Positions 49,494-60,699 of a stretch of DNA of 64,000 nt are shown piece after piece. The DNA is taken from NCBI GenBank assembly GCA_965112155.1, contig OZ218099.1, one strand, 5' to 3'. Source of the DNA: Podarcis liolepis. Taxonomy: Eukaryota. Position 1 is the first letter of the stretch, and every line of letters begins with the position of its first letter. The notes beneath the pieces were generated by a model. That model saw nothing but the letters and a program-made list of their open reading frames with translations, was not told where the DNA came from and ran no database searches. The position numbers were made by a program, and so were the translations under genes.

Positions 49494-50657
49494 GTGAGTT
49501 GAGGGAATGGTTGGGGAGTGGGTTCAAAAGCTCATGTTCTGTCATGCAGATTAACCAAAGGGTCCAATCATTTTATTCTGCTCTGGGGTCTGATGGTTCT
49601 CTTCCACAATCCTAAAATACAGTTCTCCACTGTGTTTTATGTATTCATCCCGAATTTCTCTGTCAGTCTCCTTTCAGCTCTGGGTGCAGGGTTATTATTA
49701 CTATTATTTCTAAAATTTCTATACTGCCCTTCATCCAAGGTCATGCACTGGGCTCTCTGTCTTGGTTCATGAAATGCATAATCCTGTGTCTTCTCCCACC
49801 TGCCTACCTTTAGATACACATGGCCTGGCTTTTAAAGTTTATTTCTAAGGTATTGGCAGTGCTTCCCCCCCCCCCCAAATTAGTGTTTAGGGGTACTCTC
49901 ATTTTGACTCAAGAAAATCACTATTTTATAATTCAGATTAGAAGAAATAAATACAGTAAATGGACAAAAGTGCAAAGATTCACAAAATGTTTGGGGTATG
50001 CATACCCCTGCGTCCCCCCAGAAGAAAAGCACTGGGTGAGATGTGGTGAGATTATTACCTAGAGTCTGGGATGAAAAGGCCATGGCAAGCTATGACATGT
50101 TCTAGTGCTGCCAGAGGGAGGGAGGACTATGACCTTCTTATTCCTTCACTTCCCCATCCATTCTCCCCCCCTGCCGCTTGGCATACGAAAACGTAGCATA
50201 CAAAGTTTTTTAGTCAGTGTGGAGATGAGTGCTGGGAAAGGCTTAAACTGTAGTCCAAAACACAGTCCTGCATCCTGTTCTCACAGTGACCAGCCACGTG
50301 CCTATGCAAAGCCCCAAAGCAGAACCTAAGCACAATAGCACTCTCCCCTCCTGCAGTTTCCAGCATCTGGCATCCAGAGGCAGGCTTCCTCCAGCTGTGG
50401 AGGCAGAGCATAGCCATAATGGCTCCTGGCCATTCGAAAGCCTTCCCCTCAATGTCAATGCATATGTCTAATCCTCTTTTAGGATCAGGGCCAGCACAAA
50501 GGGAAAGGGGGGAAAAGAGACAATGCTGCTTCCTCCTTTTCCCAGCAAAGACTAAGGGAGAGTAAATATCTAAAAATGGCATGAGCTGCCTCTGGGTCAG
50601 ATAATGGGGCGTGCATTTAATCAGCTTCCACATGGTGCTGTGTCTTTTTTTCTACAG

Positions 50658-50806
50658 CTAATAAAATTCATTATGACTGGCAAGAAGACAGGAGCCCAGA
50701 ACCCAGCACGCCGTTTGACAGATGAGGAGCTAGAGGCTTACCTGTACAGCCTGTCAGAGTGTGGAGGTTTAACACCAGTCCTGAATTACTACAGGAACCT
50801 GTCCAC
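50658..50806 (+). CDS. EPHX3: EPHX3 copy B coding exon 6
   Basis: LIKFIMTGKKTGAQNPARRLTDEELEAYLYSLSECGGLTPVLNYYRNLST; 9 nt longer than copy A, in frame. Confidence 0.92.
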
Positions 50807-51415
50807 GTGAGAACCCATTCCTCCCCAGATTTGCTCACATGTGGTATTGGCACCATATGCTTTTCCTCAGTTGTGGTGCACCAGTACATTCAGGCTTTCC
50901 CCTTGGGGGTGGGTGGGACTTGTTTGGCAGCAAGAATTTTCTAGTCATAATATTTGGAGAGGTCACAACATTCTTCACTGGATTATGGGATGCAGGGAAC
51001 AAAACACTCTTCCTCCCTAAAATATATTTCTAAATGGTGGTAAAAGGGGATGAGGAAATCCTGTGACTGTTCTGAAGGGGATTCTGAGATATTTTAACTT
51101 ATGGTGAAATGGGAAAGGTTGGGTTCTAGAATTGGAACTGAAGTGTGTGCATGCTGTCTTTCTGGATTTCTATTGATTTTTCTCATCACTGCTGTGCATG
51201 AGGCCTGCTAGTGTGGAAAGTGGTACGGTTGGCCGCAACTTGGGTAAGTGGCCAAAGTGGTGAGTTGCCTGCTGTCCAGTGCAGATTCGCAGGTGTCTTC
51301 TCTGTGGCTGCATTCAGATGTGGGGTTTTTTTTTTTTGGTTTTTTTTTGTTGGTTATAATGCTAGTGCTTCTCTCCTAGTTGCTAATGATCCTTTTACAC
51401 TGCAGTATCTCTGTT

Positions 51416-51779
51416 GGGACGCGGGTGGCGCTGTGGGTAAAACCTCAGTGCCTAGGACTTGCCGATCGTATGGTTGGCGGTTCGAATCCCCGCGGCGGGG
51501 TGAGCTCCCGTCTTTCGGTCCCAGCTCCTGCCCACCTAGCAGTTCGAAAGCACCCTAAGTGCAACTAGATAAATAGGTACCGCTTTATAGCGGGAAGGTA
51601 AACGGCGTTTCCATGTGCTGCGCTGGTGCTGGCTCGCTAGAGCAGCTTCGTCACGCTGGCCACGTGACCCGGAAGTGTCTCCAGATAGCGCTGGCCCCCG
51701 GCCTCTTAAGTGAGATGGGCACACGACCCTAGAGTCGGACACGACTGGCCCGTACAGGCAGGGGTACCTTTACCTTTAC
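51416..51779 (+). mobile_element. Sauria SINE (Squam1), full length
   Basis: gggacgcgggtggcgctgtggg..ggttcgaatccc..ggggtacctttacctttac; perfect 10-bp TSD tatctctgtt (51406-51415 / 51780-51789). Confidence 0.93.
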
Positions 51780-52132
51780 TATCTCTGTTGCATTATGTAA
51801 CTGTGGCTTTTTGAGTGATATGGCACCATGCCACGCTACATTTTAAATGGTGTGGGAAAACTGTATGCCAGGATAGCACCCCAAATCTTATCAATGCAAA
51901 ACTCCTAGTGATTTTCTCAGTTAACGGGGTTGCAAACAGGTTTTGGGTTTTTTGGAAAACATTAACATGAAAATGAGCTCTAAACTTGTGCTAGAGTGCA
52001 CTAGATGTCCAGCAGTAGCTTTCATGTCATGTGGAAGATCACAAAACACACACAAATAAACAGGCAAGTAAACATTGTGAAGGCTGAACAAAGTGCCATC
52101 TGAATGTGGCCTGTGTATCTATATCCCTACAG

Positions 52133-52352
52133 TTGGGTTCCTGCAAAGTACAAGGATATTCTGGTGCCCACCCTGCTGATCTGGGGAGGAAAGGATGGAT
52201 TCCTGGAACAAGGGCTTATCCCATGTATTGAGCAGAATATGCGGAAGAGCATCAAGGTGCAGCTCATCCCTGAAGCCAGCCACTGGGTTTGTGAGGAGCA
52301 ACCTGAAAAAGTCAATCAACTGATGTGGGCTTTCCTCCATAAGAGAGACTGA
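52133..52352 (+). CDS. EPHX3: EPHX3 copy B coding exon 7
   Basis: WVPAKYKDILVPTLLIWGGKDGFLE...IPEASHWVCEEQPEKVNQLMWAFLHKRD*. Confidence 0.93.
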
Positions 52353-52549
52353 AATGGAAAGAGGGAGTAACTGCATTCTGCACTGCAAGCATCCCTCCCA
52401 CCCAGGAAATGACAACAGCAGGCATTTGACCTGATACTGGAGGGCTGATCCTACCCTGTGTCCTGTGGAATGTTTCTACACCATATTGGAACATGAGTTC
52501 CATGCAGCCTTTAACTGGTTTTGCTGCAAGTCTGTGTTCTTTGCACTAC

Positions 52550-52555
52550 AATAAA
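52550..52555 (+). promoter_or_regulatory. EPHX3 copy B polyadenylation signal
   Basis: AATAAA in a 3'UTR homologous to that of copy A. Confidence 0.7.
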
Positions 52556-53114
52556 AAGGATTTGATTCAGGGTTTTTGATACGGGCTTCCTGATGGTGAA
52601 TCTGCACAGCTGTTGCATTCAGCAAAAAATCTTCTATCTCACTCCCTCTGTAGCATGGCGGCATGAATACTCATGGAAGAGCACAGCTTTTCCTTCTATA
52701 TCGCTTTTTGTTGAGTGTGCCTTAGCACAGCAGAATCCAGAACTAAGCTGTGTTTCCTGTTGCTGTTTCACACCCATTTTCACTGGCATCTTACTACCTT
52801 GGCAAATGGTACTACACAGGAAAGCGACCCTTGGCATGGATCACATTGAAATGTTTTCAGCCTTCTTACTTTACTATCTACCTGGAATGAGTTAGACACA
52901 TTAGGAGGAAGCTGCTTCTTAACATGTGATATTGCCTGGGAGTGTGACTCTCCCTGCGAAAGCATGTCAGTTGGTTCATGAAGCAGCCTCCATGGTAAAG
53001 AGGGGTTTTGATACTGTTCCGTTATTGCTCATCCCATTGTTTTGGATCTGACGATGCTCCAAACGCCTGCAGTCTGTGAAAGTAGGTAGAAAGTACAGTT
53101 GTTCTTTGGGTATA

Positions 53115-53323
53115 CAGTGGTACCTCGGGTTACATACGCTTTAGGTTACAGACTCTGCTAACCCAGAAATAGTACCTTGGGTTAAGAATTTTGCTTCAAG
53201 ATGAGAACAGAAATCGTGCTCTGGCGGCGTGGCAGCAGCAGGAGGCCCCATTAGCTAAAGTGTTGCTTCAGGTTAAGAACGGACCTCCGGAACGAATTAA
53301 GTACTTAATCCGAGGTACCACTG
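53115..53323 (+). mobile_element. Tigger/pogo-like MITE, family 1
   Basis: Same TIRs and body; TA flanks. Confidence 0.9.
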
Positions 53324-54398
53324 TATTACATAATATTGCAAGTTAAAGATGGAAGAGGGTTTCTAGTGTGCTGCTGTTGTGCAGCTGCTGTGCAGAAGTG
53401 GGAAATGTTTCGGGGATGGAGTGGCAGGAGCTAGTATTACTCAGGGTCAAACTACCTGTGATGTTAGCTGTGTGTTTAAACAAGTGTTGATTTATCTTTG
53501 CTCTATCTGATCACCTTTATCTTTGAGGAAAAAGCCACAGGGCTCAATCTGGAACATCCTTCTGCATCACAGCCTGCCCCTGGTTTTCTGCTGAACATTG
53601 CTGTTTGTCCTTGAAAGGATCATGTAGATTTGGCCCTTGGCAAACTTCTAATAGTCCAGGAGGACCAGGATCTGAGTGTCTAATAAACAAACCAATGTGG
53701 GTTTTCCTTGGGCCAGTAATTCAGCTAGATTGGGGTTCAGCTGGAGCCACCATAGTGCACCACCTCAATGCCTTGGCTAGCCTAGCTCTTACTCCTTTGT
53801 GCTTTTTCACAAACCATTGTGTAAAGGCTGCCATAATTGCTTGGACTAATATTAGGTGAGGGCATATACTGAGCTGATTTGCTTCTCCAATGTCTGTCCC
53901 TTTCAGGCTAACATTCTCTTGTTTCCATCCACCCAATTTTCTTTTTAAGTTCAGGGTTAGTTTAGTACCATATCAGAATATGTACTTGCGTCCCTAAAAC
54001 AGAGGTAATAACATATTAGTATAAATCAGGGAGCCTGGAAATGGTGTGCCAATATTTCAGGATTCCGGGCAGCTTTTTTACTGAGCACAAACTATAGCTG
54101 GTTAGTCTTAGATGTGACAACAGCTGTCTTCATTGTGAAATGTCACATCAGCTGTCATTTTTCTCTTCCAGTCAAGCATGTTTCTTCCTCTGTTTCTTGG
54201 TGAGGAAACCATGTGATGCCTCACAGACATTTAAACGAGGGTCGGAGAACCTGTGTTTTTCTAGATTTTATTTGATTACAACTCTTCTCATCCCTGACCA
54301 TTGGCCACGTTGGCTTGGGCTGAAACTGGGTGCCACAGCATCCTCATCTCTGAACTAAAAAAAAAAAATCACCTTGCTTATATGTCCCTTTATATGTA

Positions 54399-54651
54399 CA
54401 GTGGTGCCTCGCAAGACGAAAAGAATTTGTTCCACGAATCTTTTCGTCTTGCGATGTTTTTCGTCTTGCGAAGCACAGTCCGTTGCAACTGCGCCTCTTC
54501 AAGCGGCTTTAAGAAAAAAGTGCAAGACGTTTTCGTCTTGCGAAGCAAGCCCATAGTGAAATTTGTCTAGCGAAGCAACGCAAAACCGAAAAACCCTTTC
54601 GTCTAGCGAGTTTTTCATCTTGCGAGGCATTCGTCTTGCGGGGCACCACTG
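54399..54651 (-). mobile_element. Tigger/pogo-like MITE, family 2
   Basis: Reverse-complement near-copy of 30762-31015; TA flanks. Confidence 0.9.
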
Positions 54652-57600
54652 TACTGATGAAGCAGAAAGCATCTCTTAGACCATAACCTTTGGCTCTCCA
54701 GCAAGCATGGCTAATGCATAATGATGATGGGAGTTGTAGTTCAGCAACATCTGGAGGGCCAAAGGTTCCCCACCAATATTTTAGACTTTATCTCTGTCGT
54801 ATTATCTTCCCTGTATGTACACTGCTCATACAAAATGATGCTTTTAAGCTTAAAATGCTATGCTCTGCCATTCCACTTTTCAACCAGAATGATCTTGGCT
54901 ATAATTTGCTGTGCTTTTGAAATGCCACTAGGGGGTGTTGTTGCAACAGATTTCCTGCTTAAGCCAATTTACATACAGTATTGGGGACTAGCAGAGAGAG
55001 AGCCTAGGTGCTCAAAAGAGCTGTGCAAAAAGGCAAGGAGAAAAACAACTGAAGGGTACAAAGAATCAAGTTTAGTTGAACTTCTGTTTCAAAAATCACG
55101 GGTTGTGTTCAACCTCATTTTTGTGTGAGTGCACGTGCAAGGAGATATATCTTCCCTCTCCTGCTCCTGCCATGAGCCCAGCACCATCTCCAAATCTTTT
55201 CTGGAGAGTTGGGGGAACTTTCATAACAGATTTAGGAGGCGCCCAGTAGGAGAAGAAGGGGAGATCAATCCATTGCACAAAGAGAAATCCTTGCTCTAAT
55301 AGAGCAGTCTGCTTAGCACTATATGAAATAAAACTCAATATTTATTTTTTAAAAATATATAGGTACAGTACAGGAAAAATACAAAAATAATAATAATGGT
55401 TACTTACTTCTTCCAGCAAATAACCTATTTTAGCATATGATTTTCCTCAAGAACACTTGTAGACAGTGTTTTGTTGTTGTTGTAAATAACAAATTGGCTG
55501 TATGTACTCAAATCATAAAATGCTTGTCCCACCCCGCCCCGCTTTCTGTGGCACCCTTCCCCTTTTCTGTTGAAATCATGATGAACTTTTCATTTTAAAA
55601 ATTGATAATAAAAATAAAAAATGTTTGATATGCTATAGATGCTGCTTATTACTTTGAGTTTTAAAGAATAAAAAATGAAGATTGCCTCAAGGACACCAGT
55701 CACAAAATGGCCACTGTGGCGTGAGTGGCATAGCACAAAATGGCTGCCATGAGGGCAAGGCATAGCACAGATTTGGGTACTGTCGCTGCTGCTCCCCTCC
55801 CCCCCAGTCCCCCCTCCGCCGCCGCTGCCATGCTTACTGTGGGAAGTCAGCTATGTCCTACTGGCCCTGGTTGTGGAGATAACACAATATTGATTGTCCT
55901 CCCCTACAAACAATTGTACTGTTGTTGTCTAATAACAGCATGGTGAAGGCCACACAACTTTCCCCCCAGAGAAGCAACTATGACAGCAGGGACGCCTCCT
56001 GAATCAAGGTGAGACACTTTTCTGTTTAGTTAGGTGCCAATTATTTGTACAACTGCAAAGCTTAAGAGTCCACAATATCCCTGCAAGGGAGGAGGATTGA
56101 GAGAAAACCAAAACCACTTGGCCCCACCTTATATGATCTCCTTGGCCACCAAGCCACCCCAACAAGTCAGTTGCCTCTGATACTCTTTTACTAATTATAA
56201 TGGGTAGCTAGAATAAAGAACTCCAGGCCTAGCCTATCGTGTGAAAGGGGAACAGGGGGGCTGGAAATCATACACTCCGTTATGCTTACTTTTATTATGT
56301 CACCTCTAACAAGCCATTAACAATGGCTTTAACTAATCTCATTTAACAAAAATTACAAGTGATTGCAACTTTGCCTTACGTGAATAGGTGGTTGTAAAAT
56401 GATTCATGCTACAGTGGGGAACATCTTCAAGAAGAGTTTATTTATGTTTGCAGAAATGGAAGTTAAGGATCTCAGCTTTTCAGAGCCATCATTATGTAAT
56501 CCACACAAAGCCTTCCTAGAAATTTAGGGCAGAGTGAGACAGAAAACATTCTGGGTTGTCAGATACTCCCAGTGAATGCACAGCATATACCTACAAACCA
56601 CACAGAGAACATGCCTGCAGAAAGAGCATGATTAGTGGTTTATCTGAATGGGGAATATTGTACAACACTTGCTCACCCGTTCTGCTTTTCTGCCAAGTTG
56701 TGTAAGCTGTATAACAGGACGGTGTCATCTGGGCATCATTTAAAAGGCAGTCCCTACACTTGTATATGGATCCAGACCACGTTCTAGAGCAATGATCCCC
56801 TGTGGTCTGCCCAGTAGATCCTTTGATCTGAAACAGAACCAAATACCACATTTCTGGAGCAGTAGCAGCTCCAGCCCTTTGAAAAGAAGCAGTAGCACAA
56901 TGGGCGACACCTGCCCCTATAGCAATGACTATGGATGACCTCTTTTTGCTCCCTGAAACAAAACTAAACCTATACCTGACCCTATAAGCAAGAAAGAGAA
57001 GTTACCATCCCAGCAAATCCTCTTTTTTGGAAGGGAACAGGGAGAGAATCTTTTCATCCTTTTTAGGGAGTATCTAATACAGTAAGCCCACAACTTAATG
57101 CTTTTTTATGGGACTGCAGCTTTAGGCAGATAGATAAATGAAAGAATGAAAGAATGAATGAAACGAGATCCTTGCTTACCAGGCTCTGGAGGCTCTATTG
57201 AGATCTTGTGGGGCTGTCCAAAGGGTTTCCCCTCAAAGAAACAGCTTTTTAAGCCCTGCACCTTGTTTATAGCGCTCTGGGATAGTCACAGTAGCCTCTG
57301 TCAAAATCTTGGATATGGCGGGCAGTTCAGGGGAGTCGTTCTGACTTTGCCTGATGTTGCCTTTGGGTTTACACTGCAACCTCAGTGTAAATTATGGGAC
57401 TGCTGTACTTCTATAGCAGTGGGAGTATGGATCTGATCAGTATACCTAGATAAAGGCCAAGGAAAATCTCTTGCTCACTGCTCTGAATTTTCTAAAGGAA
57501 GGACAAGGAGTTGCTTGTATCCGGTGTGTGCATGTGGAAGAGATGTTCCTGTGAATCTCCTCATGGCCCTGCATTTACTGCAGGAGTATTAGTGCCATTT

Positions 57601-58639
57601 CAGATACGGAGTGGAATTGCAGAACGTTCTTTGGAGTTCCTACGAAAGCCTTTTGAAGCTGCAGTTGGGCTGCTGAGGGCGGCTGGCTGAAGCAGGGCCA
57701 AGTCCCTCCGATGCACGGCCAAAGGGCATGGGCAGCTGTGACCCTGAGAGCAGATGAAATTTCTCCCTGAAGGAAGTGGTGCCCTCTAGCTAGGGAGCCA
57801 GGCCAGAGGTTGCTGTGAACGTGGCTCTGCCGAGACCTGGGACCAAGCCAGCTTGAGACTTATCTCCACACGTCTGGCTCTCAGCCAGCACCCTCCCCTT
57901 ACCACGTTCTGCTGTGGGAACATTCTTCGTCAAGCACCAGAAACGCTTTGCTCTGCCTAATAGCTTGCACATGGTGGGCGGGCCTAGCCTTGGGAATGTG
58001 CAGCTTAGCTACTCTGTGCTAGTCATGTCACATCTCCCCCCTCCCTCCCATAAACCAGGCCTCACTTCATTCTTGGGGGCTGGACATGAGTTACCCTGTT
58101 GTCTCAAGGGGGTGCAGGCTGGCTGCCACTGAGAGGATTCAGACTAAATCCATGGGCTGTTCGAGGAAAGGAAATCTGTGTCCCTAGCTCTGCTCTGCCT
58201 TTCAGAGTTATGAAACCCAGCCTAGTAAAGGGGATGGAGGTGGTAGCCAGAGTCTCTGACCAGCGGAAATCAGCAGCAATAGACTCCTCGCATTAAGCAG
58301 GGCCTGCCTCTGGGGTGGGTGGAGTAGCTTTCAATGTAAGAATCCCATACACAACAGCACTGAGGTGCCACTGCCTCTGCAGCTATACAGGGATCCCCTC
58401 AACAGCAAGGTCCAGATGCAGCTAAGTGTGGTCACCATGGATACAGGAATGCACAGAAATGGGCCTGTTCAGTAATGTTTCTAGCAGGAACTCTTGGGAG
58501 ACTACTGTTTTCAGCTCGATGACTTGATACATTTTCCAGCCTGATACTGAATTAGGAATTTGTGCACCATAAGAGCTTACATATTTCTCTTGGTTCTGTT
58601 GCACACTTTATTATGGCATTGGTGTGCATATATGTTATA

Positions 58640-59880
58640 GATCCATTTCATTTGGGGCCTAGGCCCGGTTTTCATTCAGAATCTGCCTTGGTCCCTTTGA
58701 TTACTTCTGTCAGGAGAGAAGCAGGGGAGTGGGCCCCTGTTAATTCTCCTTGATCTCTCAGTGGTTTTCAATACCATTGACTGTGGTATTCTGCTAGAGC
58801 AGCTGTCCGGGTTGAGGATGGGTGGCACCTTGTTGCAGTGGCTTCACTCCTACTTGATCATTTTTAGAGGGTGGTACTTGTGGAGTATTCAGCCCTGTGG
58901 GGTATACAAGGTGGCATTCTGCAGGGTTCGGCCATATCCCCCATGTTGTTTAACATCTATATGAAACTACTGAATGAGGTCATCAGGAGTTTTGCAGCAT
59001 GTTGTCTGTGATATGCTGATGAGACACAGCTCTACCTCTGCATCTCCATGTGTGGCAGTGGATGTGTTAGATTGATGTTTTGCCTCAGTAATGGACTGGA
59101 TGAGAGCCAATATACCTAAGCTTAATCCAGACAAAACAAGACTGAAGCACTATTAGTGGGTGGTTTGGTAGACTGGATGGATGGGAGGTGATCGGCATAC
59201 CCTCTGAAGGAGCATGTAAGTAGCTTGAGGCTTCTTCAGTTCTGACTGGTGCTGTAGACAGGGGCAGCCAACTACTGTTGTCTGTGCTCTGGTAGTCTTT
59301 ATGTTGGACAACTGTAACATTGGGCTGCCTTTGAAGATAGTTCAAAAGCTGTAGCTGGTGCTTTCATTTTGTATTCTTATGCTGTAATCTGCCCTGTGAT
59401 CTTTTGAAGAAATAAGAACAATGTTAATTTTGGCACAACTGCACTAGTTACCAATTAGTTTCTGGCCCCAATTCAAAATGCTGGTTTTGACCTGTAAAGC
59501 TTTATGTGACTCAGGACTCCCATACCTCAAGGACCACCTGTCCCCACATAAACTAACCTTGACCCTGCAATCACCATCTGTGCCCCTTCTTCGTGTGACC
59601 CCTCCCACAGGAAGTTCAAAGGGTGGCAGCATGAGAAAGGGTCATTTCAGTAGTGCCCCCCCCACTTGTGGAATGTTCTACCTGGGAAGACACACCCAAT
59701 ACTATCTTTATCCAGTTTTAGGCACCAGACTAATACTTTAATTTTGTGAGCTGGCCCTTAATCTGAAGAATGTTGTGGCCTTTTTTAGTAGGGTGGAAGT
59801 TGAAATCTTGCCTTGTTGTTTATTTGTGTTTTTAGTCTTTTATTTGAATTGTGCTTTTAGATTTTTTTACTGTTGTTTTT
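58640..59880 (+). mobile_element. Degenerate L2 LINE
   Basis: DPF..RPGFHSESALV, DLS..FNTIDCGILLEQL, atatgctgatgagacacagctcta (YAD-TQL), LNPDKT, QFKMLVLTCKAL..YLKDHL; many stops and frameshifts. Confidence 0.8.
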
Positions 59881-60180
59881 AATAGAACATGTCACCATTT
59901 CTGAAAAACACAGAACAGCATGCACACTCTTTGTCCCAAACAGTAAAGGTTATTCCACAGCAACGTAGCATAAGCTGCTCCAATGAAGCCTCTTTGAGGT
60001 TGGGGTTGCTTCCCACTTCCTTATTTGCTCTTCTAGTAATTCCCTTATTTTATTGGTCCAGCAGTAGGAAAGGACATGACTTAAGAGGTGGATTGCACCA
60101 GTGGCCTGACCACAATCTTCTTTGTTAGGGTTGGTTTGTTCTAAGAGAATGAGAGAGGAAACAGAGACAGAAAGGAGCAG

Positions 60181-60192
60181 CGTGTGTGTGTG

Positions 60193-60228
<36 letters not shown>
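60181..60228. repeat. Compound (TG)n(CG)n(CA)n microsatellite
   Basis: cgtgtgtgtgtgcgcgcgcacacacaca... Confidence 0.95.
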
Positions 60229-60229
<1 letters not shown>

Positions 60230-60699
60230 CAACTGGTGGAGGAGAAAGACAATAGATGCACACAATTTAAAAACAAAAAATGTAGAAAGGGCTAATGGTT
60301 TGTTCCGGACTTGAAAAAGAGAGAAAGTCTTGGATGTGTGTAGAGGAAAATGGACAGCAGGAATTTGTTTGCTCAAACCCCTGATGGGAAGTACTGTATC
60401 ATAAGTATCCTGGAAAGGGGGTGGGATTGAGGTTATGAGGATGAATGCCATCACAATAACGCTCTCCAGTCTCCACTAAAAAAGGGAAAGCGGGTGAAAG
60501 ACACACATATTTCTTTTTACACTCTCAGCGGAGGAGAGGGAGAGAAGATGTAATTTAGTCCTTCATTGCTTCTTCAACTCCTCTCCACTCTCCACCTACC
60601 CCATGTACGACAACACTCCTATTCCAGGCTGTTCTATCCTGTTCCAGGATGAATGTCTCTCATTCAGATGTGTAGATAGATTTTTCAATGAAAAGAACA

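Larger units (their letters stand above)
46741..52352 (+). other. EPHX3: EPHX3 copy B gene (EPHX3-like paralog), 7 coding exons, 368 aa, intact ORF with substituted catalytic residues
   Basis: Exons total 1107 nt in frame with no stops or frameshifts and the same intron phases as copy A; GHNWGG and RSNHMF replace GHDWGG and RSNYMF. Confidence 0.92.

Noticed and set aside
46741-52352. Calling EPHX3 copy B a pseudogene
   Set aside because: No stops, frameshifts or splice lesions; the only indel is in frame; promoter and polyA signal are intact. Loss of catalytic residues alone does not make it a pseudogene.
33370-53680. Duplication as an uncollapsed-haplotype assembly artifact
   Set aside because: About 20% protein divergence and copy-specific old insertions are far beyond allelic variation.
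55940-57000. Possible solo LTR
   Set aside because: Composition is suggestive, but no TG..CA ends with a target duplication or second copy could be identified.
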